From an uncultured Chloroflexia bacterium (lineage in GTDB: Bacteria; Chloroflexota; Anaerolineae; CG2-30-64-16): a DNA stretch of 64,000 nt. The translations under genes were made by a program, and so were the position numbers. The stretch lies in contig CAWEMM010000009.1 in the NCBI GenBank assembly GCA_963810095.1, forward strand, positions 650,605-714,604, given 5' to 3'. The notes under the pieces are model-generated. The model ran no database searches, was not told the origin of the DNA, and saw only the letters and a program-made list of their open reading frames with translations. Positions 9,527 through 21,138 of the stretch are shown here, piece by piece (position 1 is the first letter of the stretch; every line of letters begins with the position of its first letter).

Positions 9527-10622
9527 ATGAAGAAACGCCGTCATCGTCTTCATCGTCGTGCTGCTCCTCGCGGGGTGCAGCGGCTCAGGCGCCCCCGTGC
9601 CGTCCACCCGGGCCGGCGAAACCGCCGGCGCGGGCGCCGTAACAGGCGAGAGCCCGCTCGCAACCCCCGCCCTCGCCGGCGCTGCCGCTGAGAGCCCGCT
9701 GGCCGCCCCCGTCAAATCGCCGGCGAAAGTCACGCTGGCCATGGGCTACATTCCCAGCGTGCAGTTTGCGCCGTTCTACGTGGCGCAGGAGAAGGGGTAC
9801 TTCAAGGACGTGGGGCTCGAAGTCGAGCCGCGCTACGGCATGGAGAAGCGACCTCCTGAAGCTCGTCGGCACGAACGAACTCCAGTACATGATCGGCAGC
9901 GGCGAGGAGGTCATCCTCGGGCGCAGCCAGGGGCTGCCGGTGCGTTACGTCTTTCGCTGGTATCGCAAGTTCCCTGCCGTCCTCTTCGCCAAGGCCGGCA
10001 GCGGCATCAAGGAGCCCAAGGACCTGGCCGGGAAGAAGGTCGGCGTGCCCGGCCTGTACGGCGCGAACTACGTCGGGTGGGAGGCGCTGGTCTACGCTGC
10101 GAAGCTGGACCCGAAGCAGGTTTCGCTGCAGAGCATCGGCTTCACGCAGGCAACCGCCGTCAGCCAGGGGCTCGTCGATGCGGCGATGGACTACGTCGTG
10201 AACGGCCCGGTCCAGCTGCGCCTGGAGGGACAGGATGTGGTCGAGATCCCGGTTTCAGATTACATCGACCTCCCGTCGAACGGGATCATCACGAACGACC
10301 AGACGATCAAGGACAACCCGGAGCAGGTGCAGGCCCTGGTTCTCGCACTGATGCGTGGTTTGCGGGATACGCTTGCAGGACCCCGACGCGGCGTTCCAGG
10401 CCAGCCTGCGGGCCGTGCCCACGGCCGGGCGGCGACCAGGAGAAGGTGAGCCGCGCGATCTTCGACGAGTCGCTGAAGCTGTGGCAGGCACTGAAGAGCG
10501 AGCTGGGCCTCTCCGACCCGTGCGGCCTGGGCAAGGCCGCGGCCTTCATGAAGGACATGGGTCTGATCCAGACGCCGGTCGAGCCGGCGGATCTGTACAC
10601 GAACGACTTCGTGGCGCGCTGA
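9527..10622 (+). CDS. ribY: ABC substrate-binding lipoprotein (NMT1/THI5-like), probable RibY; several apparent frameshifts
   Basis: Lipobox [18 protein letters not shown]...YTNDFV; pieces in different frames (indels near 9533, 9846, 10375, 10425). Confidence 0.78.
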
Positions 10623-10627
10623 TCCGA

Positions 10628-11386
10628 ATGCCTCCCATTCTGCAGGCGCTTAACCTGCGCATGACCTTCTACGACGCCAACCGGGCCGACATGCTGGCGC
10701 TGGACGACCTGTCGCTGGCGGTGGAGGAGGGCGAATTCCTCGCCATCGTCGGACCGTCGGGCTGCGGCAAGAGCACGCTGCTGCGCCTGCTGGCCGGGCT
10801 GCTGCGGCCTATCTCAGGCCAAGTGCGGTTCCGCGGCGCCCGATGACCGAGCCGAGCCGCGACATCGGCTACGTGTTTCAGCGCGCCAACCTGATGCCCT
10901 GGCGAACCGTGGCAGCCAATATCGCGCTCCCTCTCGAAGTCGCGCGACACCCCGCAGGTGCAGGCAGCCCAGCAGACCGAGGAGCTGATCGCGCTGGTTG
11001 GCCTGGACGGCTTTGCCAACGCCTATCCAGCGCAGCTTTCCGGGGGCATGCAGCAGCGGGTCGCGCTGGCCCGCGCGCTGATCCACGAGCCGACGGTCCT
11101 GCTGCTCGACGAGCCGTTTGGCTCGCTCGACGCGCTGACGCGCGACCGGATGAACGCCGAACTGCTGCGCCTCTGGAACCTGCACCGGCGGACCGTGGTC
11201 ATGGTCACCCACAGCATCAGCGAGGCCGTCCTCCTGTCGGACCGCATCCTCGTGCTGACGCCCCGGCCGGGCCGGCTGCGCGCCGAGTTCGGCGTGCCGC
11301 TGCCGCGCCCGCGCAGTTCCGTGCTCACGGGCGATCCGGCCTTTGTCGAGCTGACGCGGGCCGTCCGGGCAGAAATCGTCGACTGA
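10628..11386 (+). CDS. ABC transporter ATP-binding subunit (frameshifted)
   Basis: Walker [25 protein letters not shown] spread over 3 frames. Confidence 0.88.
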
Positions 11387-11524
11387 AGGCGGCCGGGCAC
11401 CCGGCACGCCGGGCTCCCTCTGCCGCCAGGGCGTTCCGCAAAAGCCTGTTGCAAATCTCCCTTGCCCGTGCTAACATGGCCGCGGCTGAAGGCCACATCT
11501 CCCTGCAAGGCGGCGCCAATCGTC

Positions 11525-13024
11525 ATGGATGATCCCCGTTCCCTGAAGGTCCTCTACCTGGCTGCCGAGTGCGTGCCGTTTGCCAAAACCGGCGGCCTGG
11601 CCGATGTGGCCGGAGCGCTGCCAAAGGCGGTGCGCGGGCTGGGGCACGACATCCGCATCATGATGCCGCGCTATGGCCGGGTGGAGGTCGACAAATTCGG
11701 GCTCAAGCCGCGCCTCGACCGCGTCAGCGTGCCGATGGACGAGCGCACGGAGCCGGCCAAGGTGTACGAGGCTTCGATCGGGACGGGGCCGGGTGAGACG
11801 CCCGTGCTGTTCGTCGACAGTGAGCGCTACTTTGACCGCCAGGGCATTTACATGTACCCCGACGACGCCGAGCGCTTTATCTTCTTCTCCCGGGCCGCGC
11901 TGGAAACCTGCCGGGCGCTGGATTGGCAGCCCGACGTCATTCATTGTAACGAGTGGCACACCGCGCTCATTCCGAACTGGCTCAAGACCGTCTACCAGGC
12001 CGACCCGTTCTACCGGGACATCGCCACGCTCTACACGGCGCACAACCTGGAGTATCAAGGCATCTTCGGCTATCGCATCCTCGAGATTGCGGGCCTTGCC
12101 GAGACGGGCTTCATCGCCCATCCCGACGTCGCCCCGGATCTCAACTACGTGGTCGACCTGATGGCGCGAGGGATCCTCTTCGCCGACATTATAAACACGG
12201 TCAGCGAGACGTACGCGCACGAAATCCTGACGCCCGAGTACGGCCACCGGCTCGATCCGGTGCTGCGCGACCGCCGGGACCGGCTTTACGGCATCCTCAA
12301 CGGGATCGACACGGAGTTGTATGATCCTGCGACAGACGCGAACATCGCGGCGCGCTTCGACGCGGGCAACCTGGAGCCGCGGGCGCAGAACAAGGCGGCG
12401 CTCCAGGCGGAGCTGAAACTGCCCGTACGGCCCGACATTCCGCTCATCGGCATCGTCTCGCGGCTCATCGACCAGAAGGGCTTCGACCTCATCGCGGCCG
12501 TCGCCGACCCGCTGTTGCAGAACGTGCCCTGTCAGCTCGTCGTCATGGGCACCGGCGAGATGCGCCACCACGACATGCTCAACGCCCTCGCGGCCCGCTA
12601 CCCGAGCCAGGTCGCCGTCCAACTGACGTTCAACCGTCCGCTCGAGCAGCGCATCTACGCGGGCAGCGACATCTTCCTGATGCCCTCCCGCTTCGAGCCG
12701 TGCGGGCTCAATCAGATGGTGGCGATGCGGTACGGCGCGGTGCCGGTCGTCCATGCGACGGGCGGGCTGGCAGACACGGTGCACGATTTCGACGCCCTTA
12801 CGGAAGATGGCAACGGGTTCAGCTTCGAGCGCTACGACGCGATGGCCCTTTTCGCGGCCCTGGTGCGGGCGACCGAGACGTTCCGGCATGACGACGTCTG
12901 GCGGCAGCTCATGCGCCGCTGCATGGCCGCCGATTTCTCGTGGCGTCGCTCGGCGCAGAAGTATGTGGACCTGTATTATCGCGGCCTGGCAACCCGCCGC
13001 CGCGCCAACCAGTCGCTCGTCTAG
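11525..13024 (+). CDS. glgA: Glycogen synthase
   Basis: FAKTGGLADV, HCNEWH, PSRFEPCGLNQM. Confidence 0.95.
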   Translation: MDDPRSLKVLYLAAECVPFAKTGGLADVAGALPKAVRGLGHDIRIMMPRYGRVEVDKFGLKPRLDRVSVPMDERTEPAKVYEASIGTGPGETPVLFVDSERYFDRQGIYMYPDDAERFIFFSRAALETCRALDWQPDVIHCNEWHTALIPNWLKTVYQADPFYRDIATLYTAHNLEYQGIFGYRILEIAGLAETGFIAHPDVAPDLNYVVDLMARGILFADIINTVSETYAHEILTPEYGHRLDPVLRDRRDRLYGILNGIDTELYDPATDANIAARFDAGNLEPRAQNKAALQAELKLPVRPDIPLIGIVSRLIDQKGFDLIAAVADPLLQNVPCQLVVMGTGEMRHHDMLNALAARYPSQVAVQLTFNRPLEQRIYAGSDIFLMPSRFEPCGLNQMVAMRYGAVPVVHATGGLADTVHDFDALTEDGNGFSFERYDAMALFAALVRATETFRHDDVWRQLMRRCMAADFSWRRSAQKYVDLYYRGLATRRRANQSLV

Positions 13025-13083
13025 CGGCTGCGAGCCCTGCCAGGCTCCTACAACCTGCCAGGGGCGATTTGAACAGAGGCGCT

Positions 13084-14357
13084 TTGCGTACAGAACTGCT
13101 CTATTACCGCGATGCATACCGCCGCACGTTCGACGCGGCCGTCACAGCTCGTCAAATCATCGCTGGCAAGCCCGCGGTGGCGCTCGACCGCACCGCGTTC
13201 TACCCCACGGGCGGCGGGCAGCCGAACGACCTGGGCGTGCTCCGGCTTGCCCGGCGGCGAGGCAATCAAGGTGCTTGATGTGCTGGCGGACGGCGACCAG
13301 GTGTGGCACTGCCTGGCCGCCGACCTCGCGGGCGACCTGGTTCATGGCGAAATCGACTGGGACCGGCGCTTCGACCACATGCAGCAGCACACCGGGCAGC
13401 ATGTGCTTTCGCAGGCATTCGTCCAGGAGTGTGACGCGGAGACCGTTGCCTTTCACCTCGGCGAGAAGGCCAGCACGATCGACCTCAACCGGGCAGATCT
13501 GGATGCGCCGGGAAGCGGGGGTGCGCTGGCGCGGGCCGAAGCGGCTGCCAACGCGGTTGTCGACGCCGCGCTGCCGGTGACTGCCTCGTTCGTCTCGCCC
13601 GGCGAGCTGGCCGCGCTGCCGCTTCGCAAGCCGCCGAAAGTGACCGAGAACATCCGCATTGTCCAGGTCGCCGGCTTTGACTGGTCTGCCTGCGGCGGCA
13701 CCCATGTGGCTTACACCAGCCACATCCAGACGATCAAGATCGTCGGGACGGAGCGGCGGGGATCTGAGCTGCGGGTCTCGTTCCTCTGCGGCCGGCGGGC
13801 CCGGGCAGACTATGCCCGGCTCAAAGCGCTGGCGCAGGGACTCGTCGCCCGCTACACCGCCGCCGAAGACGATATGCTGGACCTGCTCGACCGGCGGGCG
13901 GCCGAGGCCGACGCGCTTCGCAAGGACCTGGCCGATCTCGAGAAGCAGTGGTCCGAGTCGACCGCCGCCGCGCTCTACGGCGAAGCGGAACTCATGCGCC
14001 TCGAGCCGCGCCCGGCCTTGGGCGATGTGGCCAGGCCACCGGACCTGCATTTCGTTGGCGCGGTCCTCGACGTGCACCGTGGAGCGCGCCAAGAAGGTGG
14101 CGCAGGCGTTGCGCGCACGTCCGCACGTCGTGGCCTGCATCGCCGTGCGGGGCGAGCGTCCGCAGATCCTGGCCACACGTTCCGACGACGTCTCCGTCGA
14201 CGCAGGCGCTCTGCTGCGGGCCGCGGTGGCGGCCGGCGGCGGACGGGGCGGCGGCCGCCCCGACTGGGCGCAAGGGGGCGTGCCGTCAGAAGAAGCACTG
14301 AACGCGGCGCTCGAGGCCGCACGGGCGGCGCTTGTCGCCGCAATTGAGGGGGGCTGA
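13084..14357 (+). CDS. Alanyl-tRNA editing protein AlaX with DHHA1 domain (frameshifted)
   Basis: LDRTAFYPTGGGQP, HMQQHTGQH, ACGGTH, GGRGGGRPDWAQGG; 2 indels. Confidence 0.85.
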
Positions 14358-14380
14358 GGTTCAGCCCAGAGGTTCACCTT

Positions 14381-15289
14381 ATGCGAGAGATCTCTCCCGG
14401 CATCTTCGTCGAGACCGACCAGCGCGGAGCGAACTACAGCGCCATCCTTACGGACGATGGGTTTATCGTGATTGACACCCCGATCGTGCCCAAGCAAGCC
14501 GTCGCGTTCCACGACGAGCTTAAGCGCATTGCGGGGGGCAAGCCCTTCCTGTATATCATCAACACCGATCACCATCGCGGGCACATTGTCGGGAATCAGT
14601 ACTTCGCACCCACGCCCGTAGTCAGCCACGATATTGCGTGGAAGCACATGAAGGGCTACGGCGAAAACTTCAAGCAGCGGGTTATTGACTCGTTCAAGAA
14701 GGAGCCCGAGATCCAAGCCCAGTTTGGCGGGTTGAACGATATTCACATCGTCGTCCCAAAGATCACTTTCTCGCACCGGCTCGACATCGTGAGGGGCGGC
14801 CGAGACCTGCGCGTGATCCGCATCGGCGGGCACACGGCTGCCACGTCTGCCATCTGGATGCCTAACGAGAAGATTCTCTTCGTGGGCGACGCCGTATGGG
14901 TGGGGCAGCACCCGTATATGGCGCAGGGCAACTCAAAGGAGTGGCTCGACGGTCTGACCTATATCCGCAAGCTCAGGTCAGATCAGATCGTACCCGGCCG
15001 CGGTCCCGTCACGGGGCGCGAGGGCACCGAGCGCATGTCAGAGTACATCCGTTACATGCGCGCTCGCATCCGGACGTTTCACCGGCAGGGCCGGACGAAG
15101 CAAGAGACGGTGCAGACGGTGCTGCGCGAGGTGGTGGGGTGGTTCCCGATCGCACCCGCGCTGAAGTCGAAGACGGAATCGCAGATCAAGCAAGGCATTG
15201 GCCGGATCTGGAACGAGATGGAGAAGGCCGCCAAGGCGAAGGACAAGCCCGAGCCCGAGCCGGAGCCGGAAGAAATCGGAGACGAGTAA
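14381..15289 (+). CDS. MBL-fold metallo-hydrolase (cyclase-like)
   Basis: INTDHHRGHIVGN, GGHT, FVGD. Confidence 0.85.
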   Translation: MREISPGIFVETDQRGANYSAILTDDGFIVIDTPIVPKQAVAFHDELKRIAGGKPFLYIINTDHHRGHIVGNQYFAPTPVVSHDIAWKHMKGYGENFKQRVIDSFKKEPEIQAQFGGLNDIHIVVPKITFSHRLDIVRGGRDLRVIRIGGHTAATSAIWMPNEKILFVGDAVWVGQHPYMAQGNSKEWLDGLTYIRKLRSDQIVPGRGPVTGREGTERMSEYIRYMRARIRTFHRQGRTKQETVQTVLREVVGWFPIAPALKSKTESQIKQGIGRIWNEMEKAAKAKDKPEPEPEPEEIGDE

Positions 15290-15295
15290 CCTCCC

Positions 15296-16284
15296 ATGGC
15301 TCAAATGGTGCAGCGCGGCCAGGTCACCCCGGCCGACGAACTCCGCGGCCTGTTGGATTCGGCCGAGATACGCGTCGCGAACGTGCGGTGGAGCGGCGAG
15401 GGCGCCCTGGCTCTGCTAGGCGAACTGGACCGCATCGCCGAACTGTGGCCGGACGCTTGAGGAGCAGGGCATGGACCTGCGGCCCGAGGCGGGCCGGTGG
15501 AACACGCTCCAGGCCTCAGTCTTGCAAAAAGCAAGCGGCCTCCTCGGCGAGTTGCAGAAGTGCGGCGGCATCGAGCGCGCTGCGCCGGCGGGAGCACCCC
15601 GAAGGCACGGACGCGCCGTGGTGGCATCTGGACCGGTACGTGGCAGAGGCGCGCAAAAGGCAGCTCAGGCGAACCCTCACCATTGCGGGCGGGGTGATCG
15701 CCGTAGGCCTGGTGGTATGGTTTCTGTACCTGAAACTCTTCCCGGTCGATCCGAAGGTGGCGGAATCGTACCGCCGGATCAACAAGGGCGAGCAGCTCGT
15801 CCAGCAGAGCAGCGACTGGGGTGGGGCCCTTGCCGAGTTCCGGGCTGCCAGCGCTCTGACACCGGAGGACTACGACGTGTGGCTCCGGGTGGGCGTGGCA
15901 GAGGAGCAGGTTGGCAACGCCGAGGCCGCGCAGGACGCGTGGCAGCGAGCGCGCGGCCTGCTGCCCTCCGAGCTCGAGTTCCTTAAGGGCCGCGCGGCTG
16001 CCTACCTTCTCTTCAGCCTGGTCGACGCGGCGGACCGCGACGTTCAAGCCGCGTTGAAGATCAAGAACGACGACGCGCAGACGTGGTACCAGGCCGCATC
16101 CGTGTTCGAGGCAAGAAACCAGGTGAACGAAGCCGTCGACGCGCTGGACAAGGCCAGCACCTACGCCCAGGAGACCCATCAGGACGAACTGACGGCCCTG
16201 GCCCGCTACCGCATGGGCATGCTGATGCAGCGGGCCGCAATTCCGCAGATGACCGCGACCCCCGGGGCGACTCCCACCCCATAA
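15296..16284 (+). CDS. Membrane-anchored TPR protein (frameshifted 5' part)
   Basis: WWHLD, TM helix, then TPR-like helices; N-terminus MAQMVQRG... in other frames. Confidence 0.7.
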
Positions 16285-16370
16285 TAGCCACACCGGTTCG
16301 CACCGCCGGTCCGCGTCGCGCTCATGGCGCGGGCTGCGCCGCGTCAGGCGCGCACCTTTGGCAGGGCCGG

Positions 16371-17300
16371 TCAGGCGGCCGAGGACGGAGCGAGTGCCCG
16401 CATGAGTGCGGGCGCGACGTCGGCCAGGGTGCGGAGCGATTCGGCGACGCGCTGCCGGGCGGCCGGTTCGCCCACGATCAGCGCCGGCACCGGGTTCATG
16501 GTGTGCCCGCGGGTGCTCAGGTCCTCCATGTTGCCGTGATCTGACGTCAGCAGGATGAGCCCCTCCTTGTCGTCCCACTCGGCCAGCAAGCCCCCCAGCA
16601 TCTCGTCGACGCTCTTCAGCAGCCCGACCGCGGCCTCCATGTCCTGCCCGTGCCCCGCGTAGTCGCTCAGCCAGTATTCGAAGAACGAGAAGTCGTACTG
16701 GAATGCGAGCTGCGCCATCCGCTGGCCCGCCTGCCGCTCCGTCAGAAGCGGCGTGTCGGTGAGTCCAAGCCGCTCGTGCCAGCCCTGTCCGGTGAAGTCG
16801 GCGGCCAGCGCCTGGCCGGCCACCAGGTCGTCAACCGTTGGCAGCGCAAGTCCCGCGCTCACAACCCCCTGCGGAATTGACGAATAGACGCGCCGCCGTG
16901 ACGCGATGGCCGCGAAGTAGGACGGCGGGTACGCGTTGAGAAACGCCGCCGTCTTCCCCTGCCGTCGCACGGCGCGAAAGATGTTGCCGTTGTTGAGAAA
17001 GTTGACGATCGGCTGGCTGGGCCAGGGGCCGTAGTGGCCGCCGATCAACGCGGGCACATTCAGCCCCGTCAGCAGCGCGGCCTGCCCGCTGCCCGACTGA
17101 GGCATGCCGGGGACGCCCATGCAGGCATCCAGGCCAACCACCGTCGCCCGTTGCGTGACGAGCGGGGTCACCCCGGCCAGTAGCCGGTGGCCTTCGAGCA
17201 GCCGTGCCAGGTTGGGCAGGGTGGCTCGTGCAAACGGGTTGGTGGCAGGATCGTCCGGACCGAGGCCGACGCCGTCGAGAAACAAGAAGAGGATGTGCAT
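16371..17300 (-). CDS. Metalloenzyme of the alkaline phosphatase / iPGM / phosphopentomutase superfamily
   Basis: FLDGVGLG, PQSGSGQ, SDYAGH, TSDHGN.ED, HTMNPVP. Confidence 0.85.
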   Translation of the reverse strand: MHILFLFLDGVGLGPDDPATNPFARATLPNLARLLEGHRLLAGVTPLVTQRATVVGLDACMGVPGMPQSGSGQAALLTGLNVPALIGGHYGPWPSQPIVNFLNNGNIFRAVRRQGKTAAFLNAYPPSYFAAIASRRRVYSSIPQGVVSAGLALPTVDDLVAGQALAADFTGQGWHERLGLTDTPLLTERQAGQRMAQLAFQYDFSFFEYWLSDYAGHGQDMEAAVGLLKSVDEMLGGLLAEWDDKEGLILLTSDHGNMEDLSTRGHTMNPVPALIVGEPAARQRVAESLRTLADVAPALMRALAPSSAA

Positions 17301-17444
17301 CAAAACACTCTGGTGTGAAGGGTCCGCGGCTGGCGCGACCGCCGCAGTCTACTCCTCGAACGCCCGGCGCACAAGAAGAGGGGTTACTTTTGCCGCGGGC
17401 GTGCGGGGGTAACATGGGGTGAGATGTGGACGGGAGACGGTGAT

Positions 17445-17528
17445 TCACCACAAAGACACCAAGGCACAAAGACGCACGAACGATTCTGAAGTTGAGTGAA
17501 GCTGCGTGTCTTCGTGTCTTTGTGGTGA
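17445..17528. repeat. 8-nt-periodic palindrome, family A copy 1
   Basis: TCACC-ACAAAGAC-ACCAAGGC-ACAAAGAC...GTGTCTTCGTGTCTTTGTGGTGA. Confidence 0.85.
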
Positions 17529-17564
17529 GTGCCTGGGTCTGCGGTCAATGTACCGGGGGGAGAG

Positions 17565-18980
17565 ATGACGGAAGCGTATCGTATTGAGAAGGACTCGATG
17601 GGGGAGATCAAAGTCCCCGCGAATGCGCTGTGGGGCGCACAGACGCAGCGGGCGGTCGACAATTTCAAGATCAGCGGGCGGCCGCCCTATCCCGCCTTCG
17701 TGTGGGCCTTCGCGCTCGTCAAGCGCGCGGCTGCCGAAGTGAACCGGGACCTGGGCTTGCTGGACGCGAGGGTGGCGGGCGCCATCGTGCAGGCGGCGCA
17801 GGAGGTGCTCGACGGGCAGCACGCGGACCAGTTCGTGGTCGACCCGTTCCAAGCCGGCGCGGGCACCAGCCACCACATGAACGTCAACGAGGTCCTCGCG
17901 AACCGGGCGAGCCAGATCCTCGGCTTTGCCCTGGACGACCCGAACAAGCCGGTAAAGGCGAACGATCACGTCAACATGGCGCAAAGCACCAACGACACCG
18001 TCCCGGCGGTCATTCGCCTCGGCGCGCTGTGGCGGCTCGACGAACTACTCGCGGCGGTCGACAACCTGGCGGACGCGCTTTCGGAAAAGGGGCACGCATT
18101 CGACGACGTGGTCAAGTCGGGCCGCACGCACCTCCAGGATGCCGTGCCCGTGCGGCTGGGGCAGGAGTTTGGGGCATACGCCCAGGCCGTGCGCTACGAC
18201 CGCGAGCGCATCGCAGCCGCGGGCGACCGCCTGCGCCGGGTCGGCATCGGCGGCACTGCCGCCGGCACGGGGCTCAACGCGCACCCCGAGTACCACGCCC
18301 GGATGGTGAAGCGGCTGAGCGAGCTGACCGGCTGGCCGCTGAGGTCAAGCGGCAATCTCTTCGAGCCCGTTCAGAACATGGCCGATGCGGCCGACTTCTC
18401 CGGCACGCTGCGGACGCTGGCAATCACGCTGACGCGCGTCGCGAACGACTTGCGCCTGTTGGCATCTGGCCCAAGCTCGGGCTTTGACGAAATCCGCTTC
18501 GCGCCCGCACAGCCCGGCAGCAGCATCATGCCGGGGAAAGTCAACCCGGTGTTCGCCGAGATGCTCAACATGACCTGCTTCCACGTCATGGGCTGCGACC
18601 TGACCGTGATGCTGGCCGCCCAGGCCGGGCAGCTCGAGGTGAACGTGATGATGCCCATCCTGGCCCACAACCTGTTCGAGGCGATGCACGTGTTCATTCC
18701 GGCCATCCGTCTTTTCACGGATCAGGGGGTGAAGCGGATCGAGGCGAACCGGCAGAAGGCGGCAGGTACGGTAGCGAGGAATGCCATCCTGGCGACCGCA
18801 CTCAACCCGGTGATCGGCTACATGAAGGCGGCAGAGATTGCCAAGAAGGCCGCCGAGAGCGACCGCTCCATTCGCGACGTGGTGGTTGAGGAGGGTATAC
18901 TGACACCGGAAAAGGCCGACGCACTGCTGGACGCTCGGGCGATGACCGAGGGCGGCATTATGGCGCAAAGCGAAGGGTGA
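17565..18980 (+). CDS. aspA: Aspartate ammonia-lyase (fumarase/aspartase family)
   Basis: RIEKDSMG, QAGAGTSHHMNVNEV, GRTHLQDA, GSSIMPGKVN; class II fumarase not excluded. Confidence 0.8.
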   Translation: MTEAYRIEKDSMGEIKVPANALWGAQTQRAVDNFKISGRPPYPAFVWAFALVKRAAAEVNRDLGLLDARVAGAIVQAAQEVLDGQHADQFVVDPFQAGAGTSHHMNVNEVLANRASQILGFALDDPNKPVKANDHVNMAQSTNDTVPAVIRLGALWRLDELLAAVDNLADALSEKGHAFDDVVKSGRTHLQDAVPVRLGQEFGAYAQAVRYDRERIAAAGDRLRRVGIGGTAAGTGLNAHPEYHARMVKRLSELTGWPLRSSGNLFEPVQNMADAADFSGTLRTLAITLTRVANDLRLLASGPSSGFDEIRFAPAQPGSSIMPGKVNPVFAEMLNMTCFHVMGCDLTVMLAAQAGQLEVNVMMPILAHNLFEAMHVFIPAIRLFTDQGVKRIEANRQKAAGTVARNAILATALNPVIGYMKAAEIAKKAAESDRSIRDVVVEEGILTPEKADALLDARAMTEGGIMAQSEG

Positions 18981-18981
18981 T

Positions 18982-19488
18982 ATGGATTCGCAGCTCCTGT
19001 TTCTGTTGGCGCTGATCGCCATGCTCGTGGGGCTCGCCGGCACCGTGCTGCCTGCGCTCCCCGGCATCGCGCTCGTCTGGATCGCGGCCTTGGTGTACGG
19101 CCTCCTGGACCGGTTCACCACCCTGCCGGTGGCCGCGTTTGTCGTGATCACGGTCCTGGCTGCCATCGGGCTGGCCGCCGACTTCTTCCTCACGCAGGCC
19201 GCGACGAAGGTCACCGGCGCCTCGTGGCAGGCGACCGCGGCCGGCGTGGTCGGTGGGATTGTCGGCATGATCGTCGGCTTCTTCGCCGGCGGCATTGGGA
19301 TCGGTCCGGGCGGCATCATCGGCGCGCTGATCGGCGTGGTCGGCGTGGAATACCTGCATCGCAAAGACCTGCGCGCGGCGATGAAGGCGGGCGGTGGCTG
19401 GCTGGCCGGCTGCCTGGCCTCACGCGCCATGCAGTTCATCATTGCCCTGCTCATGGTGGTCATCTTCGTCTGGCAAACCAGCACGTAA
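18982..19488 (+). CDS. DUF456 membrane protein
   Basis: GTVLPALPG, hydrophobic 168 aa. Confidence 0.85.
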   Translation: MDSQLLFLLALIAMLVGLAGTVLPALPGIALVWIAALVYGLLDRFTTLPVAAFVVITVLAAIGLAADFFLTQAATKVTGASWQATAAGVVGGIVGMIVGFFAGGIGIGPGGIIGALIGVVGVEYLHRKDLRAAMKAGGGWLAGCLASRAMQFIIALLMVVIFVWQTST

Positions 19489-19495
19489 GGGGCGT

Positions 19496-19569
19496 TCACC
19501 ACGAAGGTGCCCAGACACAAAGCTGGGAGCAGGCTTCGCGAGCCTTGGTGTCCTCGTGTCTTTGTGGTT
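19496..19569. repeat. Family A palindrome copy 2
   Basis: TCACCACGAAGGTGCCCAGACACAAAG...CCTTGGTGTCCTCGTGTCTTTGTGGTT. Confidence 0.75.
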
Positions 19570-19595
19570 CGCGTCTTGTCTCACCTGGAGGACCG

Positions 19596-20150
19596 TTGAA
19601 GGTATTGGTGGGTTCGCGTAACCCGGTAAAAGCCGGGGCGGTGCAGGATGTGTTTGGCCAGTACTTCCCCGGCGTCGAGGTGGACGCGATGGAGGTGGCT
19701 TCGGGCGTGCCCGCCCAGCCGGTTGGCGACGACACCTTCGCCGGCGCGCAGAACCGGGCGCTCGCGCTGGTGGCGCTGAACCGGGCGCAAGGGCTGGGGG
19801 CCAGCTACTGCGCGGGGCTGGAGGGCGGCATTGCCCGCCTGGCTGGACGCTGGTACACGTTCGGCGTCGTCTGCATTGCCGACGCCGGGGGTCAGTGCGG
19901 CATGGGCGTCTCGCCCATGTTCGAGCTTGCACCGGCCCTTTACGAACCATTGCTCGCAGGCGAAGAACTCGGCCATGTGGTCGACCGCCTGAGCGGCGAC
20001 CACAACTCCAAGCAGAAGGGCGGCGCCATCGCCTATCTCACCCAGGGGCGCGTTGGCCGGCGAGAACTGTACGCGCAAGGGGTCATCATGGCACTCGTGC
20101 CGTTCCTTAACCCGCCGATGTATTTCCCGGTGCCTTCGACGTCTGCGTAA
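19596..20150 (+). CDS. yjjX: Inosine/xanthosine triphosphatase
   Basis: VGSRNPVK, SGVPAQP, GLEGG, KQKGGAI; GGAGG RBS before TTG. Confidence 0.9.
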   Translation: MKVLVGSRNPVKAGAVQDVFGQYFPGVEVDAMEVASGVPAQPVGDDTFAGAQNRALALVALNRAQGLGASYCAGLEGGIARLAGRWYTFGVVCIADAGGQCGMGVSPMFELAPALYEPLLAGEELGHVVDRLSGDHNSKQKGGAIAYLTQGRVGRRELYAQGVIMALVPFLNPPMYFPVPSTSA

Positions 20151-20156
20151 TCCAGG

Positions 20157-21017
20157 TCAGCCGGCCAGCGTGCGGAGCGCCAGCCAGTCGTCCCCGTGCT
20201 CGGGCACACTCACGTCGTTTGTGATCAGGCCGGCGCCGACCAATTCCTCCACGGCTTTCCCCGTCTCCACCTTTCCCCACCCGAACAGCGTGACGACTTG
20301 CTTTGCCGGCGCTGCACCCACCGATCTCAAATACAGCTCCACGAGCCTCTCGCGCGCCTGTGACTGCCGGATGGGCCGGGCCTGGTCTGCGAGCCCGGGG
20401 TTCCACCGGTGGACGCATTCGTAGACGAACGCATACTTCCACCGCCCCACCTCGGCGACGCCCACGGGCTGCACCTTGAAGTCGGCCTGCAGGAACTCGA
20501 TCGCCCTGTTGAAGGGTGAATCGCTGGCCTTCGTCGTCATACGCGCCTGCCGGCGCAGCTCCTGCGTGTCGAGCGGGCCCTTCTCCAGCAGCACTTCGAA
20601 CACGGTCTTGGCGTCGAAGGTCATCTGCCCGGCTTTGTACTGGTCGAGATAGTCCTGCTCGGGTTCGCCATAGTTCTCGCTCAGCGCGTAGAAGTACGGC
20701 AGCACTCCGAGCGCGATCATCGTCGCTTTCTTGCGCAGCACCTTGGCGTAGTGCCACTTCCGCGCGGGCAGCAGTTCGTCCTTCCACCCCCACGTCACGT
20801 GGCCGGGATCGTCGTGCGCGTCGGGCACGGGGCGGTCGCCTGCCACCGCGCCCCAAAGCGAGGGCATGGTGACGTCCTTGATCGGCCAGAAGTAGACGAA
20901 ACCGCGCTCCTCGATGTAAGCTACTGCTTGTTCCTTGTTCCGCACCTTGAGCCCGGATTTGAGGCGGAAGGTGTCTTGCCGGTATTCGAGGATGCGCTCA
21001 AAGGCGATGTTGGTCAT
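20157..21017 (-). CDS. Winged-helix / AlkZ-YcaQ-like DNA-binding protein
   Basis: PSLWGAV, WGWKDEL, YAKVLRKKAT pattern. Confidence 0.65.
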   Translation of the reverse strand: MTNIAFERILEYRQDTFRLKSGLKVRNKEQAVAYIEERGFVYFWPIKDVTMPSLWGAVAGDRPVPDAHDDPGHVTWGWKDELLPARKWHYAKVLRKKATMIALGVLPYFYALSENYGEPEQDYLDQYKAGQMTFDAKTVFEVLLEKGPLDTQELRRQARMTTKASDSPFNRAIEFLQADFKVQPVGVAEVGRWKYAFVYECVHRWNPGLADQARPIRQSQARERLVELYLRSVGAAPAKQVVTLFGWGKVETGKAVEELVGAGLITNDVSVPEHGDDWLALRTLAG

Positions 21018-21138
21018 GGCGACGATTATAACGAGGTAAGCCTGGTTTCCGCCAGAAACGCGCTTTGTGGTTGGAACAAAAGCTGCTGTGGGCCTGTCTT
21101 TGTGTTTCAGTTCACGTTCGGGGCAAAGGAGCTCTCTG

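Noticed and set aside
15240-15289. GAGCCC/GAGCCG tandem repeat
   Set aside because: It only encodes a low-complexity PEPEPEPE tail
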